NCBI RefSeq assembly: GCF_009914755.1
Contig: NC_060937.1
DNA: 64,000 bases
Strand: one strand, 5' to 3'
Source: the human T2T-CHM13v2.0 reference genome, Homo sapiens
The stretch's first letter is position 1. Every line of letters starts with the position of its first letter. This document shows, in pieces, positions 27,085 to 37,591 of this stretch. The translations under genes and the position numbers were made by a program. The notes below the pieces were generated by a model that had not been told where the DNA came from, searched no databases, and saw nothing but the letters and a program-made list of their open reading frames with translations.

Positions 27085-28459
27085 GTTCATACCTTTTTAT
27101 AGTCAACCCTTTCGCCCAACCCCAGGCCCTAGCAACGACTCATCTGTCTTCTGCCTTTGTAGTATTACCTTTTCCTGAATAAATGAAATCATACACAATG
27201 TAGCCTTTTGAATCTGCTTCTTTCACTTAACATAATTGATTTGAGGCCATCCATGCTGTTGTGAGTATCAGTTGTTCCTTCTTATTGCTAAGTAATGTTC
27301 CATTGTATGGATGTACACCGTGTGTCCATTCACCTGTTGATTGACACTTGGGTGGTTTCCAGCTCTTGGTGACTATGAATTAAACTATTATAAATATTAA
27401 CATAGATGTTTTTATGTGACTATTAGTTTTAATTTGCTTGAGTAAATACCTAGGAGTGTTAGGTTGTGTGATAAGTGTATATTTAACCTTATAAGAAACT
27501 GTCCGTTTTCCAAAGTGACTGCATGGTTTTGCATTTTGACAAGTAATGTATAAGAGTTCTAGTTGAGTTGCTTTACATCCTTGCTAACACTTAATTTGGT
27601 CAGTTTTTAATTGTTAGACATTCTTACAGGTATATAGTGGAATCTCACTGTTGCAGCAAGAGCACTGGTCTGCTGTAATCTATTACAAATTCTTGGAAGT
27701 GAAATCCTTTCCCTTTATTCCTGGAGAACATGCGCACAAAATACATAATTTATTGTTTGGCTATTATTTCCTTTAAGCACTTTGAAGACATTACTATTAC
27801 TTTAGCTTTTAGCTTTCAACTTTTTCTCTCAAGAAGGCAACTGCCATTCTTGTTGTTTCATTGAGGGTAATATGTCTAATTTTTTGTATCTCTCTAAATT
27901 TTTTGTGGATTTTTTTTTTGTCTTAAGTTTTCAGATGCTTTACTGTTATATGCTTAAGTGTGATACTCTGTGTATTTATCCTATTTGGAGCTTGTGAAAT
28001 TTCTTGTATCAATGGCTTAGTGTCTTTCATCATTTAAAAAAGAATTCATAGCCATTATCTCTTCAAATAATACTCTTCCCAGATTCTTTTTTTTTTCCTA
28101 CTTCTGGGACTCCAATTATATAAATGTCAGACCTGTTCATCTTTTCTATTGGGTTCTTTCCTCTCTATTTTTATCTACTTCTGTGTCTCTATATCTCTAT
28201 CTAGATTTAAAAAAATTTTTCAGTTCACTGTGTTTTAGCTGTGCTGTTAAACATACTCATTGATTTGTTAATCACATTTATTCTATGTTTCATTCCATTA
28301 TTCCCATTTGCTTATTTGTTATGATTTTCATTATTTCTGAAATACTCCCTCTTGTCATTTAACTCCTCAAACATATTAACATGGTTAGTAAAAGTCTATG
28401 TCTGGAATTATCCAGACATGTAATGCCAGACATAGACTTTATAGTAACTATTATATGAG

Positions 28460-28618
28460 TTTATATTGTTTATAAAATAAAATTTTATAAACAATATAAA
28501 TTGTTTATAAAATAAAATTTTATAAACAATATAAATTGTTTATAAAATAAAATTTTATAAACAATATAAATTGTTTATAAAATAAAATTTTATAAACAAT
28601 ATAAATTGTTTATATTGT
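28460..28618. repeat. 35-bp palindromic AT-rich minisatellite, 4 identical copies plus a partial copy
   Basis: Unit ttgtttataaaataaaattttataaacaatataaa at 28466, 28501, 28536 and 28571, partial at 28606. Confidence 0.97.
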
Positions 28619-28865
28619 CTGATTTTTTTCCTGATTTTCAGTCAAGATTTATATTTTTGTGTATGTCTTATTCATTTTGATTCAGTGCTGGTCATTGTTT
28701 ATGAAACATTATGGAAAAAATTTAAAGCCCTTAAAATAATGGCTTGTGTCAAGTTTCTTTATTAGCATGCGTGATTTGTTCTTAACTAGACATATTTTAC
28801 AGTTGAAGTAACATTTTACTGGAATTACATAAAGCAATTATTACTTTTCCCCAGAGAGAATTTAC

Positions 28866-29179
<314 letters not shown>

Positions 29180-30479
29180 TGAAAGGCAGCTAAACTAGAA
29201 TAAGATTATCTTAATCCAATCAGAGAATGAGATGATCAAATCTAAGCTTCAGTTCTTCTGAGGTCTGGTTTATTTCCAGGCCATCCTTACTCCTAGTATG
29301 TCAATCTTTGGAGTCCCAAATGAAATCCAGTCGGTATTTACCAGGTCCACTCCACCTTGGTGGGATTTCCACTCCAATTTTCACCACCTCCTTAGCCCCA
29401 GTTTTATAAGACTATGGAAAACCCTTCCATTCTCAATCTCTCAGGCACTGGTTTTGAAACTGGCAGTGAATCCTCAAGTGAAAAATTTTTCCGAAATGTC
29501 AGCTCATTACTCCTGGCTTTCTCCCTCTTTGAGGATCTTGGCTCTCCAAATTTTCACCCTCTTTGTGGCTCTCAGATGTTTCAAACAGATTTTTAAAATA
29601 TATTTTGACTAATTTTCAATTTTCTCACTGGGATAGTGGGCCTAAAACAGTCTAGATGGTTGTTTTTGGCTTCAGTACTCCACCAGATTTCTAAAAAATT
29701 TCTAGGTGATTCTAATGGGCAGCTAAAGTAATAAACCATGGACATCCAGCATGAAGGGCAAGCAAGATTCTTCATGAGTTGACTCTTTCAAACCTATGTA
29801 GCCTGATGTTTGACCAAAGCACCTTCTCCACTCACTGCCACCAAAGCCCATATGCCTTCCAGCCTTATGGAACTACTTCTCATTTCTGACATGGTAGGCC
29901 GCAAGGCTATCTCTTGTCTTTAACCTTTTGCTTCTCTGCCTGGCCCACTCTTACTCATCCCTTACATTTCTTTTTATGTGTCACTTCTTCCTGTACTGTA
30001 CTGAACTGTTATGTGTCCTTTCCATTCGTTTGTGAGACAGGATTCCCAGCTTACCAGGAGCTGTTTGCTGCCTATCTTATAGGGCAACATGAGGTCTTCT
30101 GGATGTTCTTTCAATCTGAAGTAATATTTATTTTCCTTTAAGATGCTTCCTGTTTCTTCCTATTCTGTCCCCTTACCAGCACTCTAAACTCAGTTATTAA
30201 GGCCATAATCTACTGGATGGAAGGACTGACAAAGGTGCTTAGATAATAATTATTGACTTGAATTAAATGGAACATATTTTTCAAAGTTAATAAAATTTCA
30301 TGAAAGCAAGACTATCCCAGAAATCTGCAGCCTATGTTTAACCGAAGCCTTGGTTACATTCCGTCCATATCTACCTGAATTAGTACAGAGAAAAATACTA
30401 CCTTTCTTACTATGTATGAAAATTATGCTCAATTCTTAGTATACTGATCAATTATTCACTCTTTACTAACTTTCCTGGA

Positions 30480-30840
30480 GATAATATTAGTTAACCTTAC
30501 TTGGCTCTCAATACGTGCCAGGCATTATGCTAAGCACTTCCCATATATTTTCCCATTTAACCCTCACAACATTTTTAGATGTTGCTATTACTCGGGCTGA
30601 GATATTAAGTTTCTTTATCAAGACCATGTATCTGGTGGTGCCTAATGCGGGACCAGTTATGGTAAATATGACCCTAAAACCCATGCTTATTTGACTCTAT
30701 ATTAAACACTGGTAAGAAAAGCATGGTTCTGTAGGATCAGCTATACTTGAGTTAATATCTCAGTCCCATCACTAATTAATAGTATGTCATAGGGCAAGCT
30801 GCTTAACCTTTGAGATCTTTAGTTTCCTCATCTATAATAA
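30480..30840. mobile_element. Two MIR fragments in opposite orientation
   Basis: gtgccaggcattatgctaagcacttcccatatatt... (minus), then gggcaagctgcttaacctttgagatctttagtttcctcatctat (plus). Confidence 0.65.
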
Positions 30841-30924
30841 CTGAATTCAATTCTTTTCTGAAAAACTCTGAGAAAAGGGTCTGGTAAGATGTCAGTAGTG
30901 TTATAGGTGTCTGATAAATATGAT

Positions 30925-30944
30925 CACACACACACACACACACA
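30925..30944. repeat. (CA)10 microsatellite
   Basis: Direct reading. Confidence 0.9.
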
Positions 30945-31754
30945 TATGCGCATACTTTGTCCATATTTTTATTTCTCTTATTGTTGCCTATTTCATACCG
31001 TCTGTTATTTAACTCTATCTACTTTATTCATTTATACATTATTTTTCTACACTCTAGTCAGGGCTTGTGAATTAACTGCTTACCAGTGGTTACATATTTA
31101 TTATCAATTGCACAATTGCTTTATGTAGTTCTAGTAAAATGTTACTTCAAGTGTAAAATATGTCTAGTTAAGAGCAAATCACACATGCTAATAAACAAAA
31201 TTGACACAAGCCATTATTTACTGAGCTTAAAGCTGGTGTTTGCTGAAAATCCTCAAGTCATTTCATTTTTGCTGAAGACTCATATTTAAGTAATTGTGGA
31301 ACAGACATTCATTACTGTCAAGCCACACTTCTCTCTGCCTTTATGACAAAGAAAATAGCCTAGCATTAAGTTCATGTTCTACAGAATTATTTCTCATTAG
31401 GGAAGAAAAGTCAGAGAGAGTTCTAAGAATCCTGGACTAAATGTAAAAGCAATGCATCAGTACTGTCTGATATGTTATTTATAAACTGGCCTGAAAGGTA
31501 ATCATATTTTAGCATACTTGCTTTTAGCCTGTTCATCTAGCTTTATCCTATCCCCTTGATAGAAATACATTGCTGATATAAGTTTCCTTGGTTTGTTTAA
31601 ATATTGAGGTCTGTTTAACAACCACTTTTGTTCACCCAGGCAGGGAGCCCATCTGTGCCACTGGTGTGGGTGAAGATACCTGCTACCTGCAGGTCATTTG
31701 CAGGACTTGTCACCTTACAATACTGGCCAGAGAAAGGGCTACAGAGAAGGGCTT

Positions 31755-31922
31755 AGTTTCCTAACTTTTCTGATAAGAATCATCTTGAGCACTTGTTAAG
31801 CATATGGCTTCCCGGGTCTTTCCCACTAGACATCCTGATTCAGTGGGCTTGGGCATTTAGGGCTTAACAAGAAGCCCAGGTAACTTTTCAAACTTATCTT
31901 CAGGTAAGTTTGGAAAGCACTG
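31755..31922. mobile_element. MER5-type hAT-Charlie element
   Basis: agtttcctaacttttctgataagaatca...ctgattcagtggg...aagtttggaaagcactg. Confidence 0.7.
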
Positions 31923-32476
31923 TTATCAAGGTTATACATTTATAAAAATAAAAGTACCTTTTTATTTGAGAAAATGGATGCCATTTATCCTCTTGTGCTC
32001 TGTTTGGCAAGCAGTTCCTAGCATGCCACTGGGCCCTGACCGTGGGGTATCAAGCGACCATCTGGTCAGAGCTGCCCATCTGTCAGATCCACCAAGTCTT
32101 ATGGTTGGGTGGCCAGCAGCAATCTATTGTAAGATGGACATGGTGTGTCTGGGATTGGGCACAAATAAGCTGCACAAACAGGTGATCCTTACCCCAATCC
32201 CCATGTCACCCTCCACTCTTACACTGGTGTCTCTCTCAGCACAAACATGTGGCCACTTGGTGAATCCCTTATTACCAACTGATAGAGGAAGCAAAAGGCT
32301 AAGCTTCATTCAAAGATGGAATGCTATTCTCTAGGACACAATACTGTACACTGGAAACCAACAACATTATATATGGTGCTGTGACTCCAATAGGTAGACT
32401 AAATGTGCCTAGGAACTAAGGGGTAGAAGTAGGAGTAGCCCAATTTACCATCATTCCCAGTGACCCACTTGGGGAA

Positions 32477-32832
32477 TGATAGATACAATTTGGCTGTGTC
32501 CCCACCCAAATCTGACCTTGAATTGTAATAATCCCCATGTCAAGGATGGGGCCGGGTGGAGATAATCGAATCACAGGGGTGGTTTCCCCCGTGCTGTTCT
32601 CGTGGTATTGAATAAGTCTCATGAGATCTGATGGTTTTACAGACAAAAGTTTCCCTGCAGAAGCTCTCTTGCCTGCTGCCATGTAAGACTTAGCTCCTCA
32701 ATCACCTTCCACGATGACTGTGAGGCCTCTTCAACCATATGGAACTGTGAGTCAACTAAACCTCTTTCCTTTATAAATTACCCAGTCTCGGGTATGTCTT
32801 TATTAGCAGCATGAGCACAAGTCTGTTCTCAT
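32477..32832 (+). mobile_element. THE1B/C-like solo LTR with rearranged 3' tip
   Basis: tttggctgtgtccccacccaaatct...aaattacccagtctcgggtatgtctttattagcagc; 5-bp TSD gggaa. Confidence 0.9.
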
Positions 32833-33008
32833 GGGAATTTGTGCTTCCTTTCCCTGCAACTTTAGGCTGTATGGGTTATCATGCCAAAAGACCAGCATTA
32901 AAGGAAAAGAGTCACTATACAGGTAGGAATAACTGACCCTGATCACCAGTAGGAGGTAGGGACATGTTACACAAAAGATGCAACAATCTGAAAGTCTGGC
33001 ATACTGGT

Positions 33009-33382
33009 TGATAAAATTTGACTGTGTCCCCACCGAAATCTCATCTGGAATCATAGTTTCCATAATCCCGACGTGTCGTGGGAGGGACTCAGTAGGAGAT
33101 AATTGAATCATGGGGGTGTCTACCCCCATGCTGTTCTTGTGATAGTGGATAAGTTATTATAAGATCTGATGGTTTTATAAGGGGCTTTTCCCCCTTTGCT
33201 TGACACTTTTCCTTCCTGCCACCATGTGAAGAAGGACATGTTTGCTTCCCCTTTCTCCATAATTGTAAGTTTCCTGAGGCCTCCCCAGCTCTGCAGAACT
33301 GTGAGTCAATTAAACCTCTTTCTTTTATAAATCAGTAAGTATCAGGCAGTTCTTTATAGCAGTGTAAGAACAGACTAATACA
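33009..33382 (+). mobile_element. THE1C/D-like solo LTR
   Basis: tgataaaatttgactgtgtccccac...gtgaagaaggacatgtttgcttcccc...aacagactaataca; TSD ctggt/ctggg. Confidence 0.9.
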
Positions 33383-33771
33383 CTGGGGAACCACTGGACT
33401 AGTGTGTTTTAGTATGACTGTATGCAATTTTGGCAATAAGTAAGCAAGTACAGTAGCCACATCCTGAGAAGAACTTGCTGACAAAGGATTCAGACCTTCA
33501 GGAATGATGGTTTGGTCATTCCATCTGTGAACCACCTAGAACAGCAGACGTAATGGGTAAGAGTGAAGGGAATCTAGAATGGGCAGTAGAGAAGGGAGAC
33601 CATGAGTATCAGTTGCAGCCTAAGACCATCTATATCAGTAGGGGCTGAAGTTCATATGCCAAACCTTTCTTTTATATATTTTCTCAAGAGATGAGACCAA
33701 CCAGAATCCTGGAGAAACTGCAGATGGGGTAAATAGTGTAAGTAAATGGGTCTGAGAAACTGGGTGCTCAT

Positions 33772-34220
33772 TACTGGGCTTTAGGGATCTGCAGCGTGCC
33801 ACCCACATTCGCCCTTCAGGGCCCAGGGACTGATTCGCCCAACTGCCAGGAGAGTTGACCTCTGATGGCTGTGTCCATATCTGAAAATTGCCCTTGACTG
33901 ATAAGAGCCACCTTGCCCGATAAGAGCCACGTTGCCCAAAGTATGTCCTGGTCTGGGGATATACAATGACTAAGAGATGTGGGGAATATCACATTGGTGT
34001 CATTTGCCTCAGTTGTAGACAACTCTGAATGGCCTTCCCGGCTGCTGTGGGGATTGGTTGAGATCTCTCTTGCAACTACACTGAAGTCCAACTTTTCCCT
34101 CTGTCCAATCCTGCTTCCCCTGTTTCTTCTGGGTGTTGTTCCTGAGAGCAGCCTATGATAAACCTTCGGTATACCAAACTTTGCCTCAGAATCTGTTTCC
34201 AAGGAACCCAACCTAAGACA
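33772..34220 (+). mobile_element. LTR16-family ERVL 3' LTR
   Basis: Ends ctcagaatctgtttccaaggaacccaacctaagaca, typical of LTR16; 5' boundary approximate. Confidence 0.8.
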
Positions 34221-35409
34221 CAATGTAACTTGATTTCTAATCTAGCTTTCATGTAGGGCCTCTGAGTGCAGTCTACATGGCATATGAAATGTTAGCTGGA
34301 AGAGGTCTAAGAAATGTAGTAATTTGCCTTGAAAACTCTGAATTAATGGAAAGCATGCCAGAATAGGGACAGACTACATGCAAAGGAAGTGAATCAGATT
34401 ATCAACTAAGCCAGCCCATAAAGATACAGCTAAGAAGTCCAGGGTGCTGATTGACTTCTTAAATTAGGAAATGCTGGCTATTAATTGCCATCTCTCGGAG
34501 TGGGGAGAATGCTTGCCTCCACTTCAATGTCTTTGTTCCCCTAGTTGTCAGCACAAAGTGGTTTCTCCTTTGGAGTTGACTAAGCATGGCCAACAGGCCA
34601 AGTAGCATATTCTTCAAATTGTGTGCTTTGAATAACTCTCATTCATGCACACTTTGGGGCTTTGTGATGGACACTGACATTTACTGATGGTTTACTCAAT
34701 GCCAGGCATAGTGTGATTTCCTGAAAAATTATCACAGTGACTTTATATTTTTGGTATAAACATCTAGAAAAATGGGAACAGAGATTCAGGAGTTCATCTT
34801 TTAAAAAAAATCATCGTGGCATTTGAACTTGCCTCTAACTCCTGAGCCAAGTCTCTTTCCACCATACTGCAATGGACCTTGAAAAGCAGAGCAAGTCTTC
34901 CTTTCCCACCAGAGTCCAGTTGAGCTGATTGCTCTGTGGGTCTGATGAAACAAAGGGTCTTGGTTTTACATTTCCCCCAAAGATGCTTCTGATGTGTGTG
35001 GTCTCACTGCCATGGAGCACATCCCGGGCAGCAGTCCGTCCCATGTGCCACCAGAAACAATGAGAATCAGTTCAGATAGACTTGGAAGGCTGGACACAGC
35101 TCCAACACCATTCCAGTAAGAACAGCTTGGAGGTCAGGACCTGCTGAAAGCAAGGCAGGAAGAGAGCCTCTGTATCTTGAAAGCGGTGCACTGTCCTTCC
35201 CATGTTCTGCCGAGATGGCAAGCTCACAGCTAACACGTGCAGCTGCAACATCTTAAGCAAGTTCCTCATGCCAAAGGACACGAGGTGGAAACCTCTGTTG
35301 GCAAATTAGAAGGCAACTTAAACCTTTTCAATTATTTACCTGAACATATGGAAATGATTTTTTTAATCTCTGTTTAATCTGTTTAATTAAATGAGAATTG
35401 CATTTATGG

Positions 35410-35640
35410 GACAGGACATTTACTGAGTGCTTACTGCACACTAGATTCCAAGCAAGGCAGCTCTACAAATGAATTCTCTCCATCACCCTGTGAGTTGGGC
35501 ATTGTTAGCTGGCACTTATGGATAAGGAGATCAAGAACTTGGGGAAATTTAGTAAATCACCCAAGGTTCCCACACTAAGGAATACCAGGCAGAATTTCTA
35601 ATGCAGTCTGCCTGATCTGAAACCCACACTTTGTCTAATA
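35410..35640 (-). mobile_element. MIR
   Basis: catttactgagtgcttactg...ccctgtgagttgggcattgtt...cccaaggttcccacact. Confidence 0.7.
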
Positions 35641-36473
35641 CACAATTTAAGAAGACAAGCCAAACAAGGTGAATATGGCTGAGCCAGTGTCATCTGTGGA
35701 GCTCACATTCCCTCAGAACTCCTTTGCTGAAATGCACTTGCCTTGTCTATCTCAGGAATCGAAGGTGACTTTGCAGAGTCTTTATGGAGGAGATGCACTC
35801 ACAGATGGTGCATAGATTTCTCTGCCAAGGGCTCTTAAATATGCTGTGAATATATTCTCCTGAGGAATTCACCAAGTACATTGGGTCTTCAAGCAGTAGA
35901 CTACACAGACACCTGCACACAGAAGACTCACACTCTGCCCTGCATGGTCTCACGCACAGATGTACATTTTCTTCCATTCTCTCTTGAGCTTTCTCTCTCA
36001 CAACACACCTGTTGCTGCCTCTCAACAAAGGCAGGCTTGTGCTGTGAAAGTACCAATTCAGAAGGAAAACATAAACCAGATGGAGAGAACGGCAGAAGGG
36101 AAGTTCTTAAGCAAGTAAATAATATAACATGTCTCATGAATTTTTCCATTTTCCCTTGGGGTAAAGATGAAGTAAAGGGATGCAGTGCCAACCTGTCCCA
36201 GTGTTCTTGCCAATTGCAGTTCATTTCCAATTTTAACAGAGGAAAGTGGACCCCTAGGATTGTCCAGTCAGTGGCAGAGGAAGGCAGTGCCTGGAAATGT
36301 CAGTTGCTAGAGGAACTGAATATGATGCAGCATATTTCAAAATATTGAGGGAAATTGTGATGTTCCTTTGCTGACAATCAAGAGAAGATGTAAATTTGGT
36401 ACCAGTTCATATAATATTACAATTATAATCCTAGCAAAACTATATGTATCTGTAATGTACAACTTGGCAGTAA

Positions 36474-36533
36474 ATATATATATATACACATATATATATA
36501 TACACGTGTATATATATATATACACGTGTATAT
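36474..36533. repeat. (TA)n-rich alternating purine-pyrimidine tract with a 20-bp period and two CACGTG
   Basis: tatatatatatacacgtgta repeated twice. Confidence 0.9.
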
Positions 36534-36565
36534 TTTAAACTATCTCACTGAATGGAAAACACCAT

Positions 36566-37591
36566 AGCTAGTTTGGGTTTGGTTTGTTTACCTCTTTCAA
36601 ACCTCATGTTGAAATTTGATCCCCATTGTTAGAGGTGGGGCCTAATGGAAGGTGTTTGGCTCCTAAGGACAAATCATTTATGAATGGCTTGGGGTCCTTG
36701 AGGTGGTGAGCGAGTTCTTGCTCTGTTAGTTCCCATGAGATGGCTGTTAAAAAGAGCCTGGTACCTCTCCTCCCCACACCACTCCAGCCCACCTGGCTTC
36801 CTGCAGCCTTCTCTGTCTCCATGTGATTTCTGCACATGCCAACTCTCCTTTGCCTTCAGCCTTGAGCAGAAGCAGACTGAGACCCTCACCAGAAGCCAAG
36901 CACATGCTGGTACCATTCTTCTTGCATAACCTGCAGAACTGTGAGCCAAGTAAACCTCTTTTATTTATAAACTACCCAGCTTCAAGTATTCCTTTATAGC
37001 AGCAGTCCCTAACCTTTTTGGCACCAGAGACTGGTTTCATGGAAAACAATTTTTCTACAGATGGGGTAGGTGAGGGCCTAGGAATGGTTTCAGGATGATT
37101 CAAGTACATTATATTTATTGTGCACTTTATTTCTATTATTACTACATTATAAAATATAATGAAATAATTTTACAACTCACCATAATGTAGAACAAGTGGA
37201 GAGCTTGTTTTTCTGCAACTAGACTGTCCCATCCGGGGGTGATAAAAGACAGTGACAGATCATTAGGCTTTAGATCCTCATAAAGAGCACGCAACCTAGA
37301 TCCCTCGCATGTGCAGTTCACAATAGGGTTCACGCTCCTAGGAGAATCTAATGCCACTCCTGATCTCACAGGAGGCGGAGCTCAGGCAGTAATGCGAGCA
37401 ATGGGGAGCAGCTGTAAATACACCTGAAGCTTTGCTCGCTGGCCCACCAGTCACCTCCTGCTGTGTGACCCTGTTCCTAACAGACCATGGACTGACTGGT
37501 CAGTTGTGGCCTTTTTGGAACTGGGCCATACAGCAGGAGGTGAGTGGCAGGAATTGGGGACCTCTGCTTTATCGCAACCCAAACAAAGACA
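36566..37591 (+). mobile_element. MSTB-like MaLR solo LTR split by MER1A
   Basis: LTR body 36566-36999; terminal caacccaaacaaagaca at 37575-37591; 5-bp TSD accat on both sides. Confidence 0.88.
37000..37566 (-). mobile_element. MER1A nested in the MST LTR, carrying an extra inverted segment
   Basis: cagcagtccctaacc...ttggggacctctg; 8-bp TSD ctttatag/ctttatcg; colinear with the copy at 1039. Confidence 0.92.

Larger units (their letters stand above)
32000..33770 (+). mobile_element. Degenerate ERVL (HERV16/ERV3-16A3-like) internal region, interrupted by two THE1 LTRs
   Basis: 32114-32164 translates QQQSIVRWTWCVWDWAQ, resembling the recalled ERV-L pol segment QQxSIIKWKWYIxDxA; it runs into an LTR16. 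Confidence 0.7.

Noticed and set aside
28460-28618. 35-bp palindromic repeats as a CRISPR array
   Set aside because: Units are directly adjacent with no unique spacers, there are no cas genes, and the context is human
32477-33382. Two THE1 LTRs as the ends of one provirus
   Set aside because: Each has its own TSD, they differ in subfamily features, and the intervening DNA continues the ERVL internal sequence
35881-36348. Longest ORF (155 aa)
   Set aside because: TTG start, no recognisable family, overlapping antisense ORFs of similar quality, no convincing splice context
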